A stretch of 64,000 nt of DNA from Dehalococcoidia bacterium (GCA_963667465.2 CAXXDN010000002.1:32001-96000); one strand, 5' to 3'. Shown: positions 49,715 to 58,568, counted from the first letter of the stretch. Program-made: numbers and translations. Notes: generated by a model not told the origin, from the letters alone.

Positions 49715-49834
49715 GCGCCGTCCCCCTGTCCCGCTCCCGTCGCGCTCGCGCAACGAATGTGCCTGTGCGCCAGCCGAATATCAAGCAGCGTGCGGCCGCC
49801 GTCCCGCCGGGTGGTGCGGTCGACTCGCCCTCTC

Positions 49835-49885
49835 CGTGCGAGGCGAGGCTAGCAGCGGCTTGCGGGGCTGACTACGGCGAGGGCG
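49835..49885. repeat. 51-bp perfect direct repeat, copy 2 (includes the LRR gene stop codon)
   Basis: Identical to 49214-49264. Confidence 0.9.
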
Positions 49886-50100
49886 CTTCTCGCCCTCGGA
49901 CGGCGCGGCGGACGCCGGCGCAGGCGAGTAGCAGCGCGAGGAGCGCGAGGCGCGGGGCCGCGCCGCCCCCGTCGCGTGGTGGCGGGAGCAGCCCGGCGTT
50001 GCCAGGCCTGGGGAGTTCGGGCGCCGTCTCGCAGAACCGTAGACCGGGGCCGGGCAAACCGCTGTACTCCACTGATTCCAGGCCAGGCGGGATACACCCG

Positions 50101-50676
50101 GTCAGCTGATTGTCTGAGAGCGACAACCAGATCAGCTCGACAAGGTTCCCCAACTCACGCGGGATTTCACCCGTCAGCTTGTTGTTGTTGAGGAACAGAT
50201 GCGCGAGGTTGGCAAGCTTGCCGAGTTCGCGCGGTATCTCGCCGGTCAGCTGATTATCTGAGAGCGACAACCATGTCAGCTCGGCAAGGTTCCCCAACTC
50301 ACGCGGGATTTCACCCGTCAGCTTGTTGTTGTTGAGGAACAGATACGCGAGGTTGGCAAGCTTGCCGAGTTCGCGCGGTATCTCGCCGGTCAGCTGATTA
50401 TCTAAGAGCGACAACCATGTCAGCTCGGCAAGGTTCCCCAACTCACGCGGGATTTCACCCGTCAGATTGTTGTTGTTGAGGGACAGATGCGTGAGGTTGG
50501 CAAGCTTGCCGAGTTCGCGCGGTATCTCGCCGGTCAGTTGATTGCCTGAGAGCCACAACCATGTCAGCTCGGCAAGGTTCCCCAACTCACGCGGGATTTC
50601 ACCCGTCAGATTGTTGTTGTTGAGGGACAGCTGCGCGAGATTGGTAAGCTTGCCGAGTTCGCGCGGTATCTGGCCG
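50101..50676. repeat. Four near-identical 144-bp tandem units (two LRRs each)
   Basis: gtcag(c/t)tgatt recurs at 50101, 50245, 50389 and 50533. Confidence 0.88.
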
Positions 50677-51013
50677 GTCAGATTGTTGTTGGTGAGGTCC
50701 AGATGCTCGAGGTTCTCGAGATTGCCCAACTCACGCGGGATTTCACCCGTCAGATTGCTTCTCGAGAGGTGCAACAGCCCGAGGTTCTCGAGATTGCCCA
50801 ACTCACGCGGGATCTCCCCGATCAGATTGTTCCCCCCGAGCTGCAGTGAATCGAGCTTGGTGAGGTTGCCGAGTTCACGCGGGATCTCACCGGTCAATTG
50901 GTTGTCAGGGAGGCTGAGCCACTCCACACGGCCGTCCTCGCCGGTCAGAACCCCGTACCACTCGCCCAGCGGCGCCTCACTAATCCAGTTCCATTTGTTC
51001 GGTGATTGCACAC

Positions 51014-51042
51014 TTGACACAGGGTTGATCCTCCACTAGGAT
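51014..51042 (+). promoter_or_regulatory. Sigma70-type promoter starting in the left TIR
   Basis: TTGACA-N17-TAGGAT. Confidence 0.7.
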
Positions 51043-51176
51043 GGCTTCATGGGAGTACGCACACCGGCCAGCCGTTCGAGTTCCGCTGCGGCTTTCTTTC
51101 CGAACAGCATCTCGATCACGTCATGGTCGGTTGTGTTCTCGTCTACCTTCTTCGGCAGCTTCGGGGGCTGAGTCAT
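51036..51176 (-). CDS. Small divergent ORF inside the IS (46 aa)
   Basis: MTQPPKLPKKVDENTTDHDVIEMLFGKKAAAELERLAGVRTPMKPS; start overlaps the transposase ATG (CATG). Confidence 0.5.
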   Translation of the reverse strand: MTQPPKLPKKVDENTTDHDVIEMLFGKKAAAELERLAGVRTPMKPS

Positions 51177-52065
51177 GGCAACGAACCTCCTAGATCTGAT
51201 GGACCGCTATAGCAGCGACGACGCTTGCCGCGACCTGCTCGAAAACCTGCGCTGGCCGAACGGCGTGGTCTGCCCTCGCTGCGGCTCACTCGGCATCAGC
51301 ACCATCAAAAAGCGCCGCGTCTACGACTGCAACGACTGCCGCTACCAGTTCACCGTTACGGCCGGCACCATCATGCACGACTCCCACCTGCCGCTGCGCA
51401 AGTGGTTCGTCGCCGTCTACCTGATGTGCGAATCCAAGAAGGGAGTCAGCGCCCTTCAGCTTCACCGCACGCTCGGTGTGGCGCGCCGGACCGCCTGGTA
51501 TCTCTCTCACCGCATCCGCGAGGCGATGGCCAACGACCCGCTCGAAGGCCCTACCCTGCTCGGCGTCGTCGAGGTTGACGAGACACTGGTGGGCGGCAGG
51601 AAGCGCGGGAAGGGCCACGGCTACCGCGGGAACAAGTTCTGGGTCGCAGGCGCTATCCAGCGCGACGGGCAGGTGCGCCTCGCACAGATCCCAAACGTGC
51701 GGCGCAAGACCCTGCACGGCTTCATCGAACAGACCGTGCGCGACGAGGCCGAGGCGATCTACACCGACGAACTTAAGTCCTACCTCGGCATCGGCGACGA
51801 CGACACGCGCCACGAGACGGTCAACCACGGCGCGGACGAGTGGGTCGTGGGCGACGCGCATACGAACTCGATCGAGGGCGTATGGTCGCTGTTCAAGCGC
51901 TCGATCATGGGGAGCTTCCACAAGGTCAGCGTGAAGCACATTGACCGCTACCTCTCCGAGCTGGAGTGGCGCTTCAACAACCGGGGCAACGAACACATCT
52001 TTCTTGACACGCTGCGGCGCATCGTCCGTACCGAGACCATGACCTACCGGGAATTGGTGGCCTAG
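51175..52065 (+). CDS. IS1595-family DDE transposase
   Basis: CPRC..C..C zinc ribbon, VEVDET, IYTDE, HTNSIEGVWS, YL.E..WRFN. Confidence 0.95.
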   Translation: MATNLLDLMDRYSSDDACRDLLENLRWPNGVVCPRCGSLGISTIKKRRVYDCNDCRYQFTVTAGTIMHDSHLPLRKWFVAVYLMCESKKGVSALQLHRTLGVARRTAWYLSHRIREAMANDPLEGPTLLGVVEVDETLVGGRKRGKGHGYRGNKFWVAGAIQRDGQVRLAQIPNVRRKTLHGFIEQTVRDEAEAIYTDELKSYLGIGDDDTRHETVNHGADEWVVGDAHTNSIEGVWSLFKRSIMGSFHKVSVKHIDRYLSELEWRFNNRGNEHIFLDTLRRIVRTETMTYRELVA

Positions 52066-52490
52066 TCCCAGCCGGTGATCGTGGCCGAACAATCCACGTG
52101 AGAGATGTAGCCAGTAACGAAAAGCTGATGCGCGTCTTGCGAGCGGCCCTGGAAAACTCCCACGACGTACTCCGCGATGTAGCGCCAGTTGTTCCCACTC
52201 AGGTAGCGAACGGTTGTCGCGCGCGTATCCAGGCTGAGCCTGACATCGGGGTAGCCCCCAGCGGCGTACCCGACTCGTAACGCCTCGATCAGAGCGGCGT
52301 CGAATTCGAGGCTTCGTCCGTCGATGAGGCAACGCTCGATTGGTAATGGAGTGGGTGCCGCAGTCGGGGTGCGAGTGGGCAAAGCATTGGGAGTGGGCGT
52401 AGGCGTGGCGATTGGCGTCGCGCTCGTGCAGGCCGTGAGAGTGAGGGCGAGAGTGAGGGCGAGAGCGAGAGCAAACGCGATCGGGCGCAT
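52062..52490 (-). CDS. IS passenger lipoprotein
   Basis: Lipobox LTAC, Pro/Thr linker, two further Cys, RBS GGGAGG. Confidence 0.8.
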   Translation of the reverse strand: MRPIAFALALALTLALTLTACTSATPIATPTPTPNALPTRTPTAAPTPLPIERCLIDGRSLEFDAALIEALRVGYAAGGYPDVRLSLDTRATTVRYLSGNNWRYIAEYVVGVFQGRSQDAHQLFVTGYISHVDCSATITGWD

Positions 52491-52571
52491 GGCCCCTCCC
52501 TGTGGCGGACGGTTGACCGCCCACGATAGAGTGCTCTGTGCTACACGCCATGTTGTTCTCAGCCGCCTTCT

Positions 52572-52928
52572 TCATGGGTCGGAAGGATCGCGCCACCAAA
52601 ATTTCCACCAGCGACGCCCAAAAAGATGGTCAATCTGCTGACCCAAATCGTCCATAAAATCAGCAGTCGAGTCGCACCGGGGAGGATGCTGCTCCCCTCG
52701 CCTACCTTCCGAGAGCGCCTTCTCCATAATGTTACGAAAGCCTTCTCGATCTTTAGATTTTTCGCGCTCATGGGTCCATTGTAGGGCTGCGACGATTACA
52801 GCAGTCACAACGAACGCTCCGATCGCCAACCGTACAAGCAGGTTTACGTCGGCGGTGGAGCCCACGGCCAAGACCTCAATTGCCGCTGTGCCTAGACCGC
52901 TCAATGAAGGCATGATGACCCTGTGCAT
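52572..52928 (-). CDS. IS passenger membrane protein, hypothetical
   Basis: Hydrophobic N-half and RRWWKFWW tail; ATG 6 nt after a putative -10 near the right TIR. Confidence 0.55.
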   Translation of the reverse strand: MHRVIMPSLSGLGTAAIEVLAVGSTADVNLLVRLAIGAFVVTAVIVAALQWTHEREKSKDREGFRNIMEKALSEGRRGEQHPPRCDSTADFMDDLGQQIDHLFGRRWWKFWWRDPSDP

Positions 52929-53527
52929 CGAAGCATACTGCCGTCCGCTCTATCCTGTGTCAAGTGTGCAATCACCATTTGTTCACCCAGTTCGGCCCGT
53001 CGGTCGCAAGGTAGAGCGCGATTAGCGCCTCGCGGTCCGAGGCGACCGAGCCGCCCGCGGTCTGCGCCTGCGCGCTGCGGGCGCCGAGGGTCAGTGCGGC
53101 CACGAGGATCGCGACGAGAGCCGCGGCTCGTGCAGTCCTCGCGCGGGTGGTAGGCCCTCGACTCATGCGCCTGCCTTTACGGCTTCGGGGAGGCCAGACT
53201 AGCAGAGCGGCAGCGGTACGGTTCCTGGCAGCGGGGCTACGCGTGGGCCGGCGAGGACTCGCTCACTGTTGGCGGGGGGGCCGAGCCCCCGCCGGCTTCC
53301 GCGTCGCGGGAGGAGGGACCGCGTCTTTGCCGCTGTCCCGTCCGTCGCGGCGGTTCGTCCACCTCGGACGGACGGGCGCGACACTCCTCTGACGACGCGC
53401 ACCCCGCTTTGGTTCCCGGCCCCTCCCACGAGGCCGAACCAGGCCGTCGCGGTGGTATACAGGACGGCGGAATCCGGACCTCCGCCGGTCCGGTTGCCTC
53501 GATCGATGCGCGCGATGGGAGGGGACG

Positions 53528-54820
53528 ATGAGCAAGACCACCGAGGGCCCGCGAGGCCCGCTGCACGGGGTGCGGGTGCTTGAGTTCTCGCTGATCTTCT
53601 CGGCGCCGTTCGCCGGACTGCAGCTCGCCGACCTTGGGGCGGACGTGGTCAAGGTGGAGCCGCCGGGCGGCGAGCCGTTCCGTAGCCTCTTCGCCGCGGT
53701 ACCCGCCAATTCGAAGATCTTTCAATCGGTCAATCGCGGCAAGCGCAGCCTCGAACTGAACCTGCGGGCGCCCGAGGCGCGCGAGGTCGTCTACCGGCTG
53801 TTGCCCGAGTTCGACGTGGTGCTGATCAACTACCGCCCCGGCGTAGCGGAGCGGCTCGGCATCGGCTACGAGACGCTGCGCGAGATCCGGCCGGACCTGA
53901 TCTACGCCGAGATTAGCGGCTTCGATCGCGGCGGGCCGTACGAGCGCAAACCTGCGGCCGACATGATCGCGCAGGCCTACGCCGGCAGCATCGCCCTCGA
54001 CGGCAAAATGACCGACGACGGCGCACCCGTCTGGCCGCCGATGGTGATCGCCGACTTCCCGTCCGGGCTGGCGGCGGCGATCGCGCTGACCTCAGCCCTC
54101 TACCACCGCGAGCGTACGGGCGAGGGCCAGCGCGTCTCCGTCTCGATGCTGCGTTCGATCCTCGCGATGCTCTGCTACCACGTGAATGTGGAGCCCGTGC
54201 ACGACGCTTACGCGCGCGACCTGATCCGCGAACAGTTGGAGAGCGCACGGGCGGCCGGCGCCGACTACCGCGGGCTGGTCGAGGCGCGCGAGGGCTCGAC
54301 CCGTTCCGGTGGGCCGCTGGTCACCTACTGGCGCGGCTACTCGGCGTCCGATGGCGGGCTGGTGATGGGCGCGGTCACCAGGGAGGGCCGCGACGCACTA
54401 CGCGGCGTCCTCGGCATCGACGATGATCCGACCGACGATCCCGACTACAACCAGTTCGCCGAGGACAGCGCCGACATTGTCGAGGCCCTGCAAGTGCGCG
54501 TCGCGGAGATCGTGCGCCAACGGCCGGTCGCCGAGTGGATCGAGCGCTTCGAGGCGGTCGGCGCGCCGGTCGCGCCCGTGCTGTTCCCGGAGGACGTCGC
54601 GGACCACGAGGAGGGCAGGCGGCACTTCGTGGAGCTGGAGCACGCGATCACGGGGCCGCAGCGCTTCGTCGGCCCGATGTTCGACCTGGAGCGTACGCCG
54701 ACCTCGGTCGCCGGTCCGTCGCCGCTCCCCGGCGCACACAGCGACGAGGTGCTGGCCGCGCTCGGCGGCTACAGCGCCGAGGAGATTGCGGCCCTCCACG
54801 AGGCGGGCGTCATCGGCTAG
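53528..54820 (+). CDS. CaiB/BaiF family III CoA-transferase
   Basis: LADLGADVVKVEPPGG, NRGKRS, NYRPG, D..AQA. Confidence 0.93.
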   Translation: MSKTTEGPRGPLHGVRVLEFSLIFSAPFAGLQLADLGADVVKVEPPGGEPFRSLFAAVPANSKIFQSVNRGKRSLELNLRAPEAREVVYRLLPEFDVVLINYRPGVAERLGIGYETLREIRPDLIYAEISGFDRGGPYERKPAADMIAQAYAGSIALDGKMTDDGAPVWPPMVIADFPSGLAAAIALTSALYHRERTGEGQRVSVSMLRSILAMLCYHVNVEPVHDAYARDLIREQLESARAAGADYRGLVEAREGSTRSGGPLVTYWRGYSASDGGLVMGAVTREGRDALRGVLGIDDDPTDDPDYNQFAEDSADIVEALQVRVAEIVRQRPVAEWIERFEAVGAPVAPVLFPEDVADHEEGRRHFVELEHAITGPQRFVGPMFDLERTPTSVAGPSPLPGAHSDEVLAALGGYSAEEIAALHEAGVIG

Positions 54821-55872
54821 TCGCGCAGCCCCTCGAGGTCGGCGCGCACGCGCGGCAGCACCTCGCGCGCGACGAGACCCATGTAGTCCGGGGGCGCGCC
54901 GGGGGCCTCGTGCACGGGGTCGGGCGCCGGGTGCAGCACCACAATCTCGAACACGGGCAGCGCGCGCAGCAGCGCGGTCAGCTGTTGCGAGACCACCTCG
55001 GCGTCGCCGTGCAGGCAGAACGCCTCGGCGGCGGCCGGGGGGAGGAACTCGAGGAGGCGGCCCGCGCCCTCGAGGTCCGGCGTGTGGTGGAAGTCCGGGC
55101 TGACCCGCCGCTGCAGATCCTCCACGGGCGGGCCGTCCCAGCGCAGGCCGGGCGCCTCGAACAGCGTCGGCGAGTACTCGTAGTACCCGGCGGCCATCGA
55201 GCGGCCGATGCGCAGCGCGCGCTCCGCGTCGTCGACGAGCACGGTGTGGAAGACCACGCCGAGGGCGACCTCGTCCGGGTTGCGCCCGGCCTCGGCCGCG
55301 CCCGCGCGCACCGCCTCGATCGCGGCCTGGAGGTTCGCGGGCGACGTGCCGGCGCGGATGAAGACGCCGTCGGCGACGCGCCCCGCGGCGCGCAGCATCC
55401 GGGGGCCGCCTGCGGCGATCCAGACGGGCACGGGGCGGGCGTGCGGCAGCCGCGCCGGGTCGCGCGCGCCGACCTCGATCGCCTCGCCGTGCAGCAGGGC
55501 GCGGGCGAGGCGCGTCGCCTCCTCCAGCTCACGCACGCGCGCCGGGCGCAGCCCGGCCAGCCGCACGGCCGTGTCGCCGATGCCGAGCCCGAGCAGCATG
55601 CGGCCCGCGGCGAGCTCGTCGACGGTGGCGATCGAGGAGGCGGTGACGCTGATGTGGCGGTTGATCGGGTTGGCGATCAGCGGGCCGATGCGGATGCGGC
55701 TGGTCGCCCGCGCCGCCTCGGCGAGCATCACGTAGGTGTCGCGCCGGCGCAGCTGCGAGTCCGGGATGAAGCCGTAGTCCCAGCCCAGCTCCTCGGCGCG
55801 GCGCACGTCGGCGGCGAAGGCCGCGACGGAGCCGAACTCGAAGCGATTCAGGCCGAAGGCGGGCGCCGGCAT
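54817..55872 (-). CDS. LLM class (F420/flavin) oxidoreductase
   Basis: AEELGWD...PDSQ, LGLGIGD, IAAGGPRML..AG.VADG. Confidence 0.88.
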   Translation of the reverse strand: MPAPAFGLNRFEFGSVAAFAADVRRAEELGWDYGFIPDSQLRRRDTYVMLAEAARATSRIRIGPLIANPINRHISVTASSIATVDELAAGRMLLGLGIGDTAVRLAGLRPARVRELEEATRLARALLHGEAIEVGARDPARLPHARPVPVWIAAGGPRMLRAAGRVADGVFIRAGTSPANLQAAIEAVRAGAAEAGRNPDEVALGVVFHTVLVDDAERALRIGRSMAAGYYEYSPTLFEAPGLRWDGPPVEDLQRRVSPDFHHTPDLEGAGRLLEFLPPAAAEAFCLHGDAEVVSQQLTALLRALPVFEIVVLHPAPDPVHEAPGAPPDYMGLVAREVLPRVRADLEGLRD

Positions 55873-55916
55873 GCGGCGAGGGTGTCCGAGGGCGCGCCGC
55901 CGCGCAAGGCGCAAGG

Positions 55917-56288
55917 TCAGGCGGGGAGGATGCTCGCTTCGTAAGACTCCATCCGGGGGTCGCGGGTGACGAGCACCAGGTCGTGTGTGAGCGCCTGAGC
56001 GATCAGCATCCGATCAAACGGATCGCGGTGGTGATCGGGGAGAGCGCCGGCCATCCGGGCGTCGGCGTGGGTGATTGGGAGCGGCTCGAAGTCATCGTTG
56101 CGCACGTCGAAGATGGCATCGTCGACGCGCAGCTTCCCGCGTGCCCGCTTGATGCTGATCTCCCAGATGCTGGCCGAGCTCACGTAGACGACGTTGTCCG
56201 GGTTGGCGATCTCGCTGAGCGCCTCGCCCGACAAGTCCCGCTCCCCGCTCCACCAGAGGAGTACGTGGGTATCGAGCAGGAGGTTCAC
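55917..56288 (-). CDS. vapC: PIN-domain VapC toxin
   Basis: LLLDTHVLLWW, HHRDPFDRMLIAQA. Confidence 0.93.
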   Translation of the reverse strand: MNLLLDTHVLLWWSGERDLSGEALSEIANPDNVVYVSSASIWEISIKRARGKLRVDDAIFDVRNDDFEPLPITHADARMAGALPDHHRDPFDRMLIAQALTHDLVLVTRDPRMESYEASILPA

Positions 56289-56530
56289 TCAGCACCCTCG
56301 AGGTCGCCCTCGAAGGCGGCGATGATGTCCTCGGGCGTCTCGTCGAAGTCCGGGGCGATCCAGATCTTGCCCGCCAGGCGCCCCGGCTTCCGGGGTTGCC
56401 GAGGCTCCCCGTAGGGCACGAGCCGGGCCAGCGGCTTGCCGGACTTGCCCAGCACGATCTCCTCGCCGCTCGCCGCCCGGTCGAGCAGCCTCGACAGGTG
56501 GGTCTTTGCCTCGTACACGTTGATCACCAT
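56285..56530 (-). CDS. Phd/YefM antitoxin
   Basis: NVYEAKTHLSRLL, GEEIV, GKIWIAPDFD. Confidence 0.93.
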   Translation of the reverse strand: MVINVYEAKTHLSRLLDRAASGEEIVLGKSGKPLARLVPYGEPRQPRKPGRLAGKIWIAPDFDETPEDIIAAFEGDLEGAE

Positions 56531-56662
56531 GGCAGCATTCTACATCAGTTGGTCTGACCAGACCAGACTAAGCAAATACGCGGCGCGGTTGACTCCTGTG
56601 CAAGAGCCGCTACCGCATAGACTGTGCACGCCCGCGACCCGCGGGCGCGGATGGAGGGTGCA

Positions 56663-57496
56663 ATGCGGGAATTTCGGGACAAGGTCGCCGTCGTCACCGG
56701 GGCCGCGCACGGCGTCGGGCGGGCGCTGGCCAACGAGTGCGCGAACGAGGGCATGCGTGTCGTCATCGCCGACATCGAGGGCGAGCCGGCCGAGGTAGTC
56801 GCCGCCTCGATCCGCGATCGCGGCGGTGAGGCGATCGCCGTCCAGACCGACGTCGCCGAGCGAGCGCAGGTCGAGGCCCTCGCCGAGCGCACCTACGCCG
56901 AGTTCGGCGCGGCGCACCTGCTCTTCAACAACGCCGGCGTCTCGATGCACAAGACGATCGAGGAGTCCGCGGTCAACGACTGGGAGTGGGTGCTCGCGGT
57001 CAACCTCTGGGGCCCGCTCAACGGCATCCACGCTTTCCTCCCCCGCATGCGGGCCCAGGGCGGCGAGGCGCACATCGTCAACACCGCCTCGATGAGCGGG
57101 CTGATCGCGCGCCGCAACCAGCGAGGCATCTACCAGGCGGTGAAGCACGGCGTCGTCGCGCTCACCAACGCGCTACGCCACGAGCTGGAAGCCGACGCCG
57201 GCGAGATCTCGTGCTCGGTCTTCTGCCCGGGCGGGATGCTGACGGACATCGAGGACGCCGGGCGGCATCGCCAGGATCGCTTCGGCGGGCCGTTCACCCT
57301 CGGGCCGATGCCGGTGCCGCGCCAGCCCAACCCCGTCTACCCGGAGGACATCGCACCACGCGTGCTGGAGGCGATCCGGCAGGACCAGCGCTACATCTTC
57401 AGCCATCCGCACACCCGCGCCGACCTCGAGGAGCACTACGCCGACATTCTTGCGGGCTTCGACGCGGCGGCGCGTATCGCCGAGCAGGTCGGGTAA
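56663..57496 (+). CDS. SDR family oxidoreductase, paralog of 44557-45387
   Basis: TGAAHGVG, FNNAG, YQAVK, CPGGMLT, YIFSHPHTR. Confidence 0.92.
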   Translation: MREFRDKVAVVTGAAHGVGRALANECANEGMRVVIADIEGEPAEVVAASIRDRGGEAIAVQTDVAERAQVEALAERTYAEFGAAHLLFNNAGVSMHKTIEESAVNDWEWVLAVNLWGPLNGIHAFLPRMRAQGGEAHIVNTASMSGLIARRNQRGIYQAVKHGVVALTNALRHELEADAGEISCSVFCPGGMLTDIEDAGRHRQDRFGGPFTLGPMPVPRQPNPVYPEDIAPRVLEAIRQDQRYIFSHPHTRADLEEHYADILAGFDAAARIAEQVG

Positions 57497-57502
57497 GGCG
57501 CC

Positions 57503-58474
57503 ATGCGCTACGTCGTCTACGGAGCGGGCGCGACCGGCGGGGTGATGGGCGCGGCGCTCGCGCGGATCGGCCGCGAGGTGGTGCTGATCGCGCGCGGGCG
57601 GCACCTCGACGCGATTCGCGCCAACGGCCTCACGCTGCGCACGCCGCTCGAGACAGTGCAGACCGACCTGGCCGCGGTCGAGCGCCCCGAGGAGATCGAG
57701 TTCCGCGAGGGCGACGCGGTTCTGCTCACCGTGAAGACGCAGGACGCCTTCGACGCCCTCGATGATCTGCGCGCAGCGGCGGGCGACAACGTGCCGGTGG
57801 TCTGCGCGCAGAACGGGGTGGTGACGGAGCGCGAGGCGCTGCGCCGCTTCCGCCGTGTCTACGGCATGGTGGTGCGCTTCCCCGGCATGCAGCTCGAGCC
57901 CGGTGTCGTCGCGAACTATGAGCCGCAGGGCGGCGGCGAGATCGAGCTCGGGCGCTACCCGCAGGGCCTCGACGAGGTCGCCGGGCAGCTCGCCGCCGAC
58001 CTCACGGCCTGCGGCTTCGACGGGCAGGCCGAGGCCGACGTGATGCGCTGGAAGCACGAGAAGCTGCTGATCAACGTCGGCTCCGCGCTCGCCGGCGTCT
58101 TCGGGCCCGGCGCGGACACGGCGGCGATCCGCGAGCGGCTGGTCGCGGAGACGCGCGCGGTCCTCGAAGCGACCGGCATCGACCTGCCGACGCCGGAGGA
58201 GGCGCTGCGCCTGAACCGCCAGCCGCGCTACGACTGGGCGGAGATCGAGGGCGCCCCGCCGTTCGCGAGCTCGCTCTGGCAGGGGATCCAGCGTGGGCTG
58301 CGCACGGCGGAGACGGACTACATCAACGGCGAGGTCGCCCTGCTCGGCGCGCAGTACGGCATCGCGACGCCCTGCAACCGTGCGCTCAACCTGCTCGCCA
58401 ACCGCTGCGCTCGCGAGGGCACCCCGCCCGGTACCGTGACGACCGCGGACCTCGAGGCGCTCGTCGCCGCGTAG
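57503..58474 (+). CDS. Ketopantoate reductase family protein, paralog of 43547-44560
   Basis: GAGATG, VKTQD, QNG, ETDYING. Confidence 0.9.
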   Translation: MRYVVYGAGATGGVMGAALARIGREVVLIARGRHLDAIRANGLTLRTPLETVQTDLAAVERPEEIEFREGDAVLLTVKTQDAFDALDDLRAAAGDNVPVVCAQNGVVTEREALRRFRRVYGMVVRFPGMQLEPGVVANYEPQGGGEIELGRYPQGLDEVAGQLAADLTACGFDGQAEADVMRWKHEKLLINVGSALAGVFGPGADTAAIRERLVAETRAVLEATGIDLPTPEEALRLNRQPRYDWAEIEGAPPFASSLWQGIQRGLRTAETDYINGEVALLGAQYGIATPCNRALNLLANRCAREGTPPGTVTTADLEALVAA

Positions 58475-58568
58475 CGGCAGGCGGCCGCTGCGGCGTCCGC
58501 GCCCTCGCGCGATCAGGGGGAGGGCGGCGATCTTGTATCGGACTAGTCTGACTAGATAGACTAGGGCC

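Larger units (their letters stand above)
51001..52976. mobile_element. IS1595-family element with passenger genes (1,976 bp)
   Basis: Perfect 23-bp TIRs GGTGATTGCACACTTGACACAGG; 8-bp TSD ATTTGTTC at 50993-51000 and 52977-52984. Confidence 0.95.
49872..53166 (-). pseudogene. Plant-RLK-type leucine-rich repeat surface protein interrupted by IS1595
   Basis: Signal peptide and SDREALIALYLATDGPNW at 52977-53166; 12 LRRs (LxxLxxLxLxxNxLTGEIPRELG) and C-terminal anchor at 49872-51000; removing the IS plus one TSD restores the frame NWVNKWNWISEAPLGEWYGV. Confidence 0.92.

Noticed and set aside
50101-50930. Regular repeats resembling a CRISPR array
   Set aside because: 72/144-bp in-frame coding repeats with no unique spacers and no cas genes
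52430-52472. 12-bp gagagtgagggc repeats as a phase-variation tract
   Set aside because: In-frame repeats encoding the Leu/Ala/Thr signal-peptide core; slippage would not shift the frame
53167-53527. Long intergenic region with a GC hairpin (53271-53294), possible riboswitch
   Set aside because: No recognisable aptamer consensus; consistent with a divergent promoter region. An Rfam/Infernal scan would be needed
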